64,000 nucleotides of DNA from Opitutaceae bacterium (GCA_051252375.1 JBPOFY010000005.1:96001-160000); one strand, 5' to 3'. Counted from the stretch's first letter, positions 32,487-43,720 are shown. Numbers and translations: made by a program. The notes: generated by a model not told the origin, from the letters alone.

Positions 32487-33680
32487 TTAAATGTTAAGGG
32501 CGACTGACTCGTCGGCGCGGAAAGCGCCACGGATGACATCGAGGTCGATGTTTTTGGTGATCAAATCTTTAATGATCGGAATTTTGTCGCTGTCACCCGG
32601 TTGTGTTTTGACAGTCATATTGTTGATCTTTGAGGCCACACCGTAGCTTTCGTCGTTACAGATGACGACGGGGATGCTGGTTTTGGCGATCATGTCCATC
32701 AACTTCGGGTGGGGAAGCACGTTTCGGGTGAGGATGAGTCCCGAGAGCACGCGCTCACCGGCGATGCCTTCTGCGGCGATCGCGGCGAGGATGATGTCTT
32801 CGCGGTCACCAGGAGTGACGATGAGAATGCCGGGTTGTAAATAATCGACTAGACCTTTCGCGGCCATGGCACCGATGATCACTTTGTCCACACGTTCGGA
32901 CTCGCCGTGTTGGCGGCCGTTTAGCCAGCGCCCCTTTACTTCTTCGACGATCTGATTGAGGTTCGGTCGAGTGAGCCTCTGCTCCATTGGTATGCAACCG
33001 AGTAGGGGAATACCCATGCGCTCGAGTGCGATACGGCAGTATTTATCGACCATCTCGATTTTGCTGGGCTCCACCTTATTGATGATCGCTCCAATCACAT
33101 CGACGCCTGCTTTTTCAAACAGGGCTTTGTTTAACGCAATCTCATCAATCGGCCGACCCACACCGCCACGTGCGACGATAATGACTTTAGCATTCAACCG
33201 CTTGGCGACATCGGCGTTGGAAAGATTAAAGACGGAGCCGACACCTGCGTGGCCCGTGCCTTCAATGATGATGTAATCGTTTTGAAATGCAGCACGGTCG
33301 AAGGCGCGGCACATCTTGTCGATCAGTTGCTCGTGGCTTTGGCTCGGGTTGTCCAGAAACTCGCGCGTAAAGTTGGCGTGCACAGCAATCGGGCTCATTG
33401 CCTGAATCGGTATTTTGACGTCGAAGATACGATTTAGTAGGATGGAGTCCTCATCGATTTGGTGACCGTCAATTTCGACGAAACGCTGGCCGACTGGTTT
33501 GATGAAGCCGACTTGTTTGGTAAACGTGCGAAGCGCGGCAAAGAGGGCGAGACTGGTCGTCGTCTTACCATCGTTCATACGCGTGGCTGCGATGAAGATG
33601 CGCTTGGTCGATTTGTTGCGCGGTGCCGTCAGAATCTCGTTGTCGTCGGGTTCTGTGAAGAGCTTCTTTGGAGTGGGCAT
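32487..33680 (-). CDS. BioD-like P-loop plus DRTGG domain protein (stand-alone Pta N-terminal module)
   Basis: DGKTT, GFIKPVG, IIEGTGH, VTPGDREDII. Confidence 0.82.
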   Translation of the reverse strand: MPTPKKLFTEPDDNEILTAPRNKSTKRIFIAATRMNDGKTTTSLALFAALRTFTKQVGFIKPVGQRFVEIDGHQIDEDSILLNRIFDVKIPIQAMSPIAVHANFTREFLDNPSQSHEQLIDKMCRAFDRAAFQNDYIIIEGTGHAGVGSVFNLSNADVAKRLNAKVIIVARGGVGRPIDEIALNKALFEKAGVDVIGAIINKVEPSKIEMVDKYCRIALERMGIPLLGCIPMEQRLTRPNLNQIVEEVKGRWLNGRQHGESERVDKVIIGAMAAKGLVDYLQPGILIVTPGDREDIILAAIAAEGIAGERVLSGLILTRNVLPHPKLMDMIAKTSIPVVICNDESYGVASKINNMTVKTQPGDSDKIPIIKDLITKNIDLDVIRGAFRADESVALNI

Positions 33681-33714
33681 CGTCGCTTGTGTTTACTGGT
33701 TGGCTGGGAGCTGC

Positions 33715-34785
33715 TTAATCGATTTTGGTGACGTCTTCGTTGAGGTCGTCGCCATCGGTTGGATAGAGCAGCTTGTGGTCGATTGCTTGTGAGGCGACCA
33801 TGACGGCGGTGCCGAAGATGTCGCTGGCAGTGGCACCGCGGCTGATCTCGGCTGCTGGCTTGGAGAGACCGGTCAAAATAGGACCATAGTTGCGCGCCCG
33901 GGTGAGCACATCGACCAGTTTGGAAGCGATATTGGCTGAGTGGAGATCGGGGAAGATGAGCACGTTGGCACGACCCGCGACAGTGCCGTCGATTTTCTTC
34001 GTTTGAGCGACTGCAGCGTCGAGGGCCGCATCGACTTGGAGCTCGCCGTCGATTTCCATCGGGATGCCGAGGCTGAGGGCCTTCTTACGAGCAAGCTCGG
34101 TGGCCGCTTTCATCTTAGCGACGGTCGGGTTCTTACTTGAAACGCTCTTACTGGAATAGCTGAGCAGGGCGACGCGTGGCTTGGAATTCGTCAAGTGGTA
34201 GCGCAGGGCCGCAGTGGTGACTGCGATATCGCAAAGCTGCTCGCTGGTTGGATCGGGAATAACCGCGCAGTCCGCGAGGAAAAGCTCCCGGTCTTTACCC
34301 GTTTTCGGATCTTCCATGTCGAAGATGTTGAGCGAAGACATGGTTTTGACGTCAGCATGCAAAGGGATGATTTGCAGGAGTGGGCGCAGTGCACTGGATG
34401 CATTACTGGTCGCACCAGAGACAATGGCGTCTGCCTGTCCGGTCGCCAGCATCATTGTGGCGAAATAGTTTGGGTTCTCAAGGTAGGTCTCGGCGTCTTT
34501 GTCTTTCAGATTCTTGAAACGGCGAAGCCCTTGGAACTTAGTGACGAAGCCATCCCACTCGCTGCTGCGGCGTGGCTCGATGATGCGGATGTGCTCGAGG
34601 TTGATGTCGAGCTTTTCGGCATTCTCCTTAATTTTGGCGCGATCACCGATGAGGATGGGGATACCCAATCCACGGGTGGCGAACTTTCGTGCGGCTTGGA
34701 GGATACGAGGATCGCTGCCTTCAGGGAAGACGACGCGTTTCGGGTGGCGCTTGAGGCGCTCGGCAAGTTTGGCAATTAATGGCAT
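33715..34785 (-). CDS. pta: Phosphate acetyl/butyryltransferase, catalytic domain
   Basis: VFPEG.DPR, ADCAV, ALLSYS, DGELQVDAAL, ANVLIFPDL, GPILTG. Confidence 0.85.
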   Translation of the reverse strand: MPLIAKLAERLKRHPKRVVFPEGSDPRILQAARKFATRGLGIPILIGDRAKIKENAEKLDINLEHIRIIEPRRSSEWDGFVTKFQGLRRFKNLKDKDAETYLENPNYFATMMLATGQADAIVSGATSNASSALRPLLQIIPLHADVKTMSSLNIFDMEDPKTGKDRELFLADCAVIPDPTSEQLCDIAVTTAALRYHLTNSKPRVALLSYSSKSVSSKNPTVAKMKAATELARKKALSLGIPMEIDGELQVDAALDAAVAQTKKIDGTVAGRANVLIFPDLHSANIASKLVDVLTRARNYGPILTGLSKPAAEISRGATASDIFGTAVMVASQAIDHKLLYPTDGDDLNEDVTKID

Positions 34786-34949
34786 GATAAATAGTGTTTA
34801 AGATGAAAAATAGGTTTATGGGTGGGGTATGAATAAATGACTAAAAGTCGAACAGCATCCACATAGAGCATGAAATATACAATTGCCAAAGTTTTTTCCC
34901 ACGTAGTTTCTTATTCCTAGGCAGTCGAATTCTGCCAAATGCTGTATTT

Positions 34950-36503
34950 ATGCCAACAAAACTCAAAAATATCGCTGTGGTGAGCCTATCTACCGTGGGT
35001 TCACGTGTGTTGGGCTTATTGCGGGATATTTTGATTTTTGCGGCTTTGGGCGCGAGTTTGTGGAATTCGGCCTTCATTTTGGCGTTTACCTTGCCGAATT
35101 TGTTTCGGCGTCTGCTCGGAGAGGGGGCACTGACCTCCGCCATTGTGCCGGTTTTTTCCGATGTGATGGAGCGCGAGGGGCGTGAGCGGGCATTTGATTT
35201 TTTCAACCAAGTGATCGTGCGGCTCAGCATTGTGCTGTGTATTCTGGTCGCGGGCGGGATGTGCTTGCTCGGGTTTTTGGCGCGCAGCGGTTGGCTGTCG
35301 GAGCGCTGGGCGCTGGGCTCCGAGTTGGCGTTAGTGCTCTTGCCCTATATGATCTTTATTTGCTTGGCTGCGATTGTGTCGGCCGGGCTGAATCTGGTCG
35401 GTCGGTTCGCGGTGGCGGCCTGCACGCCGATTTTGCTGAATTTGGCGATGATCGGTGCGGTGGCTGCTGGTATGTTCTTGGAGGCAGAAACGGCTCAACT
35501 GGTTTACTGGCTTTGCGGAGGTGTGCTGTTTGGTGGTTTATTGCAATTGCTGGCACCCGCGTGGGATCTAAGCCGACAAGGTTGGCGGCCGCGTTTGAAG
35601 GTGAAAGCCAACGCGGCGATGGGGGAGCTGTGGCGCTTGTTTTTACCCGGCCTGATGGGGGCGGCGATTCTACAGGTCAATATTCTCGTTTCGCGTCTGC
35701 TTGCATTTACTTTGGATGATTCGTCGGTATCCGTGCTGTATCTTGCCAGCCGTTTGATGGAGTTGCCCTTGGGTATTTTTACCGTGGCGGTAGTCACCGT
35801 CTTTTTCCCGCTCATGGCACGCGCCTTGTCGGCACAGGACGCAGATGGATTTGCGAAAGTATTTCTACAAGGCATGCGTTTGGTGGTGGGGGTTTCGGTG
35901 CCTGCCGGCGTCGGGCTTTGCGTGCTCGGCGAGCCGATCCTCGGGCTGCTGTTTCAGTGGGGCGCCTTTGATCAAGCCGATGTGATCGCCACGATTCCGC
36001 TGATCGCGATTTATGGTATCGGTTTGCCCTTTTATTCCGCCGCGACTTTTGCGACCCGTGGGTTGCATGCGGGCAAAGATATGAAAACCCCAGTGCGCGT
36101 GGCGGGGCTCTGCTTGGCAGTCAATGCCGTTTCGGGGATCATCCTCATGCAGTTCTTTGGTGCCAGTGGTTTAGCGACTGCCAATGTATTGGCAGCGCTT
36201 GTTCAAGCAGTGGTGCTCTGGCGCGCGCTTTCAAAGCAGCGTCCGGATATTTCGTTCAGTCGCTTGCGTCCCGCCATGTTGAAAGTAATCGGCGCCGGAT
36301 TGCTGATGGGTGTTTTCTGCGCCCTCGGTTTGGCTTTCTTCAACCAATTTGAATGGTCCGAAAAATTACATGCAGCATTGACCGTGGGCACACTCGTTCC
36401 AGCAGGTGGCGCCTTCTATTTTGGACTGCTCTACCTCTTCAAATTCGAAGAGCTACAAGAGATGTGGGCCTTGGTTCGCCGAGTCCTGCCCGGCGGCCGA
36501 TAG
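34950..36503 (+). CDS. murJ: Lipid II flippase MurJ/MviN
   Basis: SRVLGLLRD, AFTLPNLFRRLLGEGAL, RLMELPLG. Confidence 0.94.
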   Translation: MPTKLKNIAVVSLSTVGSRVLGLLRDILIFAALGASLWNSAFILAFTLPNLFRRLLGEGALTSAIVPVFSDVMEREGRERAFDFFNQVIVRLSIVLCILVAGGMCLLGFLARSGWLSERWALGSELALVLLPYMIFICLAAIVSAGLNLVGRFAVAACTPILLNLAMIGAVAAGMFLEAETAQLVYWLCGGVLFGGLLQLLAPAWDLSRQGWRPRLKVKANAAMGELWRLFLPGLMGAAILQVNILVSRLLAFTLDDSSVSVLYLASRLMELPLGIFTVAVVTVFFPLMARALSAQDADGFAKVFLQGMRLVVGVSVPAGVGLCVLGEPILGLLFQWGAFDQADVIATIPLIAIYGIGLPFYSAATFATRGLHAGKDMKTPVRVAGLCLAVNAVSGIILMQFFGASGLATANVLAALVQAVVLWRALSKQRPDISFSRLRPAMLKVIGAGLLMGVFCALGLAFFNQFEWSEKLHAALTVGTLVPAGGAFYFGLLYLFKFEELQEMWALVRRVLPGGR

Positions 36504-36549
36504 TGGAGTCATTGGGTTCGCGGCAATGTGACTACACGCCTAGTTCGAA
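36497..36549 (-). other. Degenerate terminal attC site
   Basis: R'' TTCGAAC, 5-nt spacer, stem GTGTAGTCACATTG...CAATGACTCCAC; the R' position reads GCCGCCG instead of GTTRRRY. Confidence 0.55.
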
Positions 36550-36563
36550 CTTAGGGTGATTAG

Positions 36564-36830
36564 TTAGATTACCTTTTCAAAAACCATTGTAGCTTGAATC
36601 TTATCTCCTGATAAGAAACCCTTAGACCCTGACGAAGTGGTCGAAATCGTGTGTAGTCTATATCCGTTAGCTACTTGCTTATTAATTGCTGCTTGCAAGT
36701 TAGTTAGGCTGGATCCTCCAGATCCAGTCCCGAGAAACTTTTCTGTTAAAACAACCTGCTGAACAACATACATGTCGCCAGCTTTACCTTGCGCTGAAAT
36801 AGCTTCTGCATCGAATCCGAATCCTGCCAT
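36564..36830 (-). CDS. Cassette 4: small DUF4177-like protein
   Basis: LQAAINKQVANGYRL...MVFEK pattern; 88 aa. Confidence 0.6.
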   Translation of the reverse strand: MAGFGFDAEAISAQGKAGDMYVVQQVVLTEKFLGTGSGGSSLTNLQAAINKQVANGYRLHTISTTSSGSKGFLSGDKIQATMVFEKVI

Positions 36831-36871
36831 AGTTTAATCCTTTGTTTGAGTTATTGTGTAGAAATTTTTCC

Positions 36872-36943
36872 TTCGAACGTAGAGATGTATCGATGTAGTG
36901 GAGGCGAAGCCGTAACGAAATTGATACGATCGACTGGTTCGAC
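36872..36943 (-). other. attC site (72 bp)
   Basis: GTCGAAC-cagtc-GATCGTATC...GATACATC-tctac-GTTCGAA, with one extra base in L''; starts directly after the stop codon. Confidence 0.88.
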
Positions 36944-37582
36944 TTATACTTTTCTTTGTCGCCGTGTTACAAAAGCCAGTGCAGCAAGACCAAAAAGAAG
37001 AGCGGATGAAGGCTCAGGTATAATGTTGAAACTTGTATTCGCAGTATCCGATACGCCGAAATTGTTGTAGGCTGTTACGCTAAGACTGTGATTTCCTTCT
37101 GTTAGAAATGAGGCATAGTCGATCTCTGCCGTATTTATAGTAGCGTTCAGTGTTATAAATCGATCAATTCCATTAATCGACCATGTGTAATGATGCATAC
37201 CTGATGGATCAGAACTTCCAGATGCATCAAATTGTAAGTTATCACCGAAACTGAAAGTTGCGCCCGGAGTCAGGGCTACCGTCGGAGTCGAAGGATTGAA
37301 GGCAATCCCCTCTTCATCAATAATTCCGTCGAGGTCGTTATCTATTCCATCGTTCCAATCAATTAGCCCGTTCGCCGCATTCGCGTTATTATCAAATGAG
37401 TCGAAAGGAAGGGTTGAAAAGCCAATGGGGGCTAAGGTGCCGTTGTGAATAGTGCCTACTCCAGCGCCGCCGTAGCCATCCATGTCAGCATCTACATAGA
37501 CTGTGATGTTTGCATTCAACGAAGTATTTATCAATATGATGAGAGGTAATGCCGTTAGGTAGATTTGTTTTTTCGCGGTCAT
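36944..37582 (-). CDS. Cassette 3: PEP-CTERM surface protein with an Asp-rich motif and a PKD-like domain
   Basis: Signal peptide; DGIDNDLDGIIDE; FDASGSSDP..YTW; C-terminal IPEPSSALLFGLAALAFVTRRQRKV. Confidence 0.88.
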   Translation of the reverse strand: MTAKKQIYLTALPLIILINTSLNANITVYVDADMDGYGGAGVGTIHNGTLAPIGFSTLPFDSFDNNANAANGLIDWNDGIDNDLDGIIDEEGIAFNPSTPTVALTPGATFSFGDNLQFDASGSSDPSGMHHYTWSINGIDRFITLNATINTAEIDYASFLTEGNHSLSVTAYNNFGVSDTANTSFNIIPEPSSALLFGLAALAFVTRRQRKV

Positions 37583-37613
37583 GGTAGTTTTCGTTTTTGG
37601 GTGGATTTTGATT

Positions 37614-38131
<518 letters not shown>

Positions 38132-38139
38132 TTCTTATT

Positions 38140-38210
38140 ACACAACGCGGAAGGTAGCAATGAGTGTAGCGCGGAGCGCGAAACTCATTGGCTATCCTGA
38201 TTTGTTAGAC
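38140..38210 (-). other. attC site (71 bp)
   Basis: GTCTAAC-aaatc-AGGATAGCCAATGAG...CTCATTGCTACCT-tccgc-GTTGTGT. Confidence 0.88.
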
Positions 38211-38213
38211 ATG

Positions 38214-38570
38214 TCATATGTTTAAGGTGGGGCTACACATCTCTGTATCTGAAACAGCGTAGCCATTTTTTTCCAGAAAACCTACTAAAGATTGATAATC
38301 AATTGATTCTAGATTCCTCATAAGGCCGCAGAATTTGATCGTGCCTTGGTGATTCATTGCTTCCTTTATTCCATCGAATGCTCTTTGTGCAATCCCGTTT
38401 CGTTGATATGGCTCTCGGATCCTCCATATCAGAATACCAAATTCCTTAGTATCTGCTTTGTAAGAGAAGTGGACATCGAATTCTGCCTCATCTCCTCTAG
38501 TGGATTTTCCAGTATTAATTGTGTCTGAAGCATGGTTTAGTATTCGGTTACTGACTTCTTCTGGATTCAT
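38214..38570 (-). CDS. Cassette 1: small GNAT-like acetyltransferase
   Basis: IREPYQRNGIA matches the acetyl-CoA binding Q/RxxGxA motif; GFLEKNGY. Confidence 0.6.
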   Translation of the reverse strand: MNPEEVSNRILNHASDTINTGKSTRGDEAEFDVHFSYKADTKEFGILIWRIREPYQRNGIAQRAFDGIKEAMNHQGTIKFCGLMRNLESIDYQSLVGFLEKNGYAVSDTEMCSPTLNI

Positions 38571-38572
38571 TT

Positions 38573-38705
38573 GTCTAACAAGTGATTATGTCATTTTGAG
38601 ATATTCTTCCGTGAAGCGGCTGTCAAACGTCCTTTGAGGGAGTAAAGCTAGGATTTCCTAATGACATATCATTCCAATTGGGGTGTTATGTCATTTTGCG
38701 ATATT
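38573..38705 (-). other. attI-like site with accessory direct repeats
   Basis: ACATAAT-cactt-GTTAGAC simple site without an attC hairpin; 20-bp direct repeat TTATGTCATTTTG(A/C)GATATT at 38586 and 38686; inverted core at 38660-38668. Confidence 0.65.
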
Positions 38706-38785
38706 ATTCTAAATCCGTGGCTGTTGGACTTTTGGGAGGTTTCCTTGGTCGTATAATGTCGCATTCTTCTTGGATATAGGAGTCA

Positions 38786-40354
38786 GTGTTTTCCATGAAG
38801 CAGAACAAGCCCGTCAATTTAGGTAAGGAAGTCTATAAGCAGTTGCGCACCCAGTCGTGGGATGAGCTCTGGCATCATGAGGTGCCTTTGTTTGATGCGG
38901 GGACTGTGGAATACCGTTCGGCGCGTGTTGGCTTGGTCCGTGCGATCGGAGTGGTGGCTTTGGAGAAGGCGACAAAAGAGCAACGTGACCAGACCAGCGA
39001 GTGGTTGATTGGCTTGCTGCAAGATCCGGATGAGAAGGTCCGCCGCTATGCGATGGCGGCATTACCCAAAGTGGGCGGTGGCGAGGAGAGCGAGAAAGCG
39101 ATTTTAGAAATACTCGATCAACCAGCAGGGGAGATTGAAGTCAAAAGTGTCAGCAAAACCCTAAGCAAGATTGGTGGCGAAGCCACGCTCGAGAAACTGG
39201 AAGCGCTGCATGATGACAACGAGGTGCTGCACCAAGCCGAACAAAAGGTGAAAGCCCAGTTGGCTCGTAAGGAAGAGCCCGCCAGCATTCGCATGGATGC
39301 GAAAATCAAAGAGACGCGCAAGCTACGCATCCACCTTCGCACCCGTCGTGGTATGGAGCTTTTCGTGCGCGATGAATTACTGGCACACCCAAAACTGAAG
39401 AGCCGCTTTAAGGTCGTGCGCACCAGCCCCGGTTGTGTCGCACTATCCGCACTGCGCCCATTTACTTTAGCAGACGTGTATGAACTGCGCACCTTCGGTT
39501 CGATCAACTTCGTGCTCGGAGTCGTTGCCAAAAACGAAGCGAATCACACAGCAGCGTTGGCGAAGATCATTGCTTCGGAACTCACACAGCTCCTCTGCAG
39601 TAAACTAACCGAAGGTCAGCCACGCTACCGTTTACAATTTATGCGTGCCAAAGTGCCGCCACGTAAGGTGCAAGACATTGCCAACGCAGCCTTCGGTTTG
39701 TGCCCTGACTTGCTCAATGATCCACGTAAGTCACCTTGGGCAATTGAAGTCTATCCCGAGAAAGTCGGGCAGTCCGTCGAGCTACGTCCACGCGTCTTAC
39801 CCGATCCACGCTTCACATACCGCGTCGATGACGTGTCCGCTTCCACGCATCCTCCACTAGCTGCCGCAATGGCGCAGCTCGCGGGAGTTGAAGAGAACGA
39901 ATCGATTTGGGACCCGTTCTGTGGCTCTGCCCTAGAGTTGATCGAACGTGCTCGCCTAGGTGGCGTCGATTCGATCATTGCCTCCGATCGCGATGTGGAC
40001 GCCATCGAAGTCGCACGCCTCAATTTCGAATCTGCAGGCATTGAAAGTGGCAAGGTTGCCATCCATCTAGGTAGTTTCCGGAACTACGAAGCAGTCACTG
40101 GTATCGCACCGCAAAGCATCAGCTTGATCATAGCCAATCCTCCGCTCGGGCGCCGCGTCCGCATCGAAGATTTACAAGGCCTCATCAAAGATTTTTTCCA
40201 AGTAGCAACCGACACCCTCCGCCCCGGCGGACGCCTTGTCTTTATTAATCCACTGAAATTAGACAGCCACGACCCAACTTTGAAGTTGGAGGCTAGGCAT
40301 CTAGTCGATCTTGGTGGTTTCGACTGCCGTGTGGAGAAGTGGGTGAAGCAGTAG
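38786..40354 (+). CDS. HEAT-repeat plus RNA methyltransferase (UPF0020/Trm11-RlmL-like) fusion
   Basis: LLQDPDEKVRRYAMAAL HEAT-like repeat; HPPLAAAM, WDPFCGS, ANPPLG. Confidence 0.75.
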   Translation: MFSMKQNKPVNLGKEVYKQLRTQSWDELWHHEVPLFDAGTVEYRSARVGLVRAIGVVALEKATKEQRDQTSEWLIGLLQDPDEKVRRYAMAALPKVGGGEESEKAILEILDQPAGEIEVKSVSKTLSKIGGEATLEKLEALHDDNEVLHQAEQKVKAQLARKEEPASIRMDAKIKETRKLRIHLRTRRGMELFVRDELLAHPKLKSRFKVVRTSPGCVALSALRPFTLADVYELRTFGSINFVLGVVAKNEANHTAALAKIIASELTQLLCSKLTEGQPRYRLQFMRAKVPPRKVQDIANAAFGLCPDLLNDPRKSPWAIEVYPEKVGQSVELRPRVLPDPRFTYRVDDVSASTHPPLAAAMAQLAGVEENESIWDPFCGSALELIERARLGGVDSIIASDRDVDAIEVARLNFESAGIESGKVAIHLGSFRNYEAVTGIAPQSISLIIANPPLGRRVRIEDLQGLIKDFFQVATDTLRPGGRLVFINPLKLDSHDPTLKLEARHLVDLGGFDCRVEKWVKQ

Positions 40355-40364
40355 GGTGTTGTTT

Positions 40365-40467
40365 TGGAGGGACGAGTTTCCACTCGTCCGCTTCTGGATA
40401 GTCTGGTCCAATGAAGTTTGAGGGTATTTGACGGATAAATGGCGGACGTGTGAAACACGTCCCTCCA
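40365..40467. repeat. TGGAGGG-family REP inverted pair (variant loop)
   Basis: TGGAGGGACGAGTTTCCACTCGTCC and GGACGTGTGAAACACGTCCCTCCA. Confidence 0.8.
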
Positions 40468-40469
40468 GC

Positions 40470-40892
40470 TCAAACCACTGCCGTCATATCTTTGGCCCAG
40501 GCGGATTCGATTTTTTCCATTAGATCTTGTGGTGGGCGCATGCCTTTGCCCTTGAGATCCATGAAGCCGTGGGTGGTCTCGCCGGTGGCGAGGAGCTCGT
40601 CGCCGCGTTTGACTTCATATTCGAAGCGCATGCGTGCGCGTGGCTTTTCTCGCATATATAAATGCACCTCTAGGCGGTCATCAAATCGGGCAGGGCTCTT
40701 ATAGGCTGCCGATACGGTGAGCACGGGGAGCAAAAGGCCACGCTTTTCAATGCCAGTGTAGGGGATGCCGATCTCGTCGAGCATCAGGATACGCGCCGTC
40801 TCGAACCAGATGAGATAGTTGCTGTGGTAAACCACATCCATGCGATCAGTTTCCGCGTAGCGCACACGGATTTTGGAGATAGTATGAATCAT
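40470..40892 (-). CDS. Acyl-CoA thioesterase (YbgC/4HBT family)
   Basis: RVRYAETDRMDVVYHSNYLIWFE, YKSPARFDD. Confidence 0.9.
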   Translation of the reverse strand: MIHTISKIRVRYAETDRMDVVYHSNYLIWFETARILMLDEIGIPYTGIEKRGLLLPVLTVSAAYKSPARFDDRLEVHLYMREKPRARMRFEYEVKRGDELLATGETTHGFMDLKGKGMRPPQDLMEKIESAWAKDMTAVV

Positions 40893-41011
40893 GGCGGCAA
40901 TATCTGAGATGGATTAGAAAAGGTCGAACTCGGAATTTTCGACTTTAGTTAAACTTATACCTTGACGGACTCATATAAGTTTATCTTGTTGTCCTGTGTT
41001 CATAAAAGTGA

Positions 41012-42130
<1,119 letters not shown>

Positions 42131-42160
42131 TTGAACTCGGTCACAACTGAATGAATTTCT

Positions 42161-42214
42161 GGCCGCCGCGGCAGGTATCCCAAAGGATTCTCTGATCGCG
42201 GCGGCCTTTCTTTT
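42161..42214 (+). terminator. Stem-loop plus U-rich tract between gap and pgk (partial terminator or mRNA stabiliser)
   Basis: GGCCGCCGCG...CGCGGCGGCC followed by TTTCTTTT. Confidence 0.65.
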
Positions 42215-42348
42215 ATCCGCCCATGCTTTAGCGGGCTGTGGGTAAAAAGCCCTCCGTAGCTCTTAGAGCGAAAGCGGTCTTCATTTCATCAATTTATTTT
42301 TTCGGTTAGATTCTAACTTCTAACTCCTACATTCTAACTTCTTAAATT

Positions 42349-43542
42349 ATGGCTACAAAAACCATCAAAGACGTAAACCTCGCCGGTAAACGCGTATTCG
42401 TTCGCTGCGATTTCAATGTGCCGCTTAAAGACGGCGTAATTAACGACGATTCTCGTATCGTTGCGGCATTGCCGACTATCCAGCACCTTGTCAGCCAAGG
42501 CGCGAAGGTCATTCTTTCCAGTCACCTTGGTCGCCCTAAAGGCGAAAAGAACGCGAAATACAGTCTCGCGCCAGTCGCTGAAGAGCTTGCGAAGCAACTT
42601 GGTCAGCCTGTGACATTTGTCGAAGACTGCATCGGCGAAGAAGTCGAAGCCGAAGTCGCTAAGATGGGCGAGGGTGACATTATTCTCCTCGAAAACGTCC
42701 GTTTCTATGCGGGCGAAGAAAAGAACGATCCTGAATTTGCTGCCGCGCTGGCTAAGCTTGCCGACGCTTTCGTGAACGACGCTTTTGGCACCGCACACCG
42801 TGCACACGCGTCAACAGCTGGCGTCGCTGCACACCTATCACCCAACGTCTGCGGCCTTCTCATCGAGAAGGAACTCGCATACCTTGGTGACAAGACCAAC
42901 AGCCCAGAGCGTCCGCTCACTGTTATCCTCGGTGGTGCTAAAGTCTCCGATAAGATCAAAGTGATCGACTCACTCCTTGAAAAGGCAGACACCATTATCA
43001 TCGGTGGTGCCATGGCTTACACATTCGCATTGGCTGAAGGCCGCACAGTAGGGGAGTCGCTCAGCGAGCCCGATTTCATCGAGACAGCTAAGTCTGCTTT
43101 GGCTAAGGCTAAGGAAAAGGGCGTGAAGTTCCTCCTCCCTGTTGATAACCTCGCCGTTAAAGATCTCGACTTCGGTGCCGGCACAATTGGCGACAGCCAG
43201 TTTTTCGAAGGCAATATTCCTGATGGCTGGGAAGGTGTCGACATCGGCCCGAAGAGTATCGAACTCTTCAGCAACGAAGTGAAAAACGCTAAGACCGTTC
43301 TCTGGAATGGCCCCATGGGTATCTTCGAAATCGATGCCTGCAATAAAGGCACCTTTGCCATCGCAAAAACGATTGCAGAATCCGACGCATGTTCGATCAT
43401 CGGTGGTGGTGATTCCGTGAAAGCTATTAAAATGGCTGGCTACGGCGATCAAGTCACTTTCATGAGCACCGGCGGTGGCGCTTCCCTCGAATTCCTCGAA
43501 GGTAAAGAGCTTCCCGGCGTAGCCGTCCTCGATCAAATCTAA
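42349..43542 (+). CDS. pgk: Phosphoglycerate kinase
   Basis: [43 protein letters not shown]. Confidence 0.98.
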   Translation: MATKTIKDVNLAGKRVFVRCDFNVPLKDGVINDDSRIVAALPTIQHLVSQGAKVILSSHLGRPKGEKNAKYSLAPVAEELAKQLGQPVTFVEDCIGEEVEAEVAKMGEGDIILLENVRFYAGEEKNDPEFAAALAKLADAFVNDAFGTAHRAHASTAGVAAHLSPNVCGLLIEKELAYLGDKTNSPERPLTVILGGAKVSDKIKVIDSLLEKADTIIIGGAMAYTFALAEGRTVGESLSEPDFIETAKSALAKAKEKGVKFLLPVDNLAVKDLDFGAGTIGDSQFFEGNIPDGWEGVDIGPKSIELFSNEVKNAKTVLWNGPMGIFEIDACNKGTFAIAKTIAESDACSIIGGGDSVKAIKMAGYGDQVTFMSTGGGASLEFLEGKELPGVAVLDQI

Positions 43543-43551
43543 TCTTCATTT

Positions 43552-43624
43552 TGGAGGGCTGCGCTCCGTCGCAGCCGCTACGTCATCCATGCATACTGCG
43601 GCGATGACAGAGCATCGCCCTCCA
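43552..43624. repeat. TGGAGGG-family REP inverted pair
   Basis: TGGAGGGCTGCGCTCCGTCGCAGCC and GGCGATGACAGAGCATCGCCCTCCA. Confidence 0.85.
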
Positions 43625-43720
43625 TTATTTCTTCTCTCTTAAATCTTAATGGTCCGGTTCTTTGCTAAGCAAAGCCCGGTCTTGTCATCACTCCGTTCTT
43701 CGGAACTAACTTCAATAATT

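Noticed and set aside
38786..40354. Gene in the intI position considered as the integron integrase
   Set aside because: It lacks the tyrosine-recombinase R-H-R-Y motifs and carries SAM-methyltransferase motifs instead.
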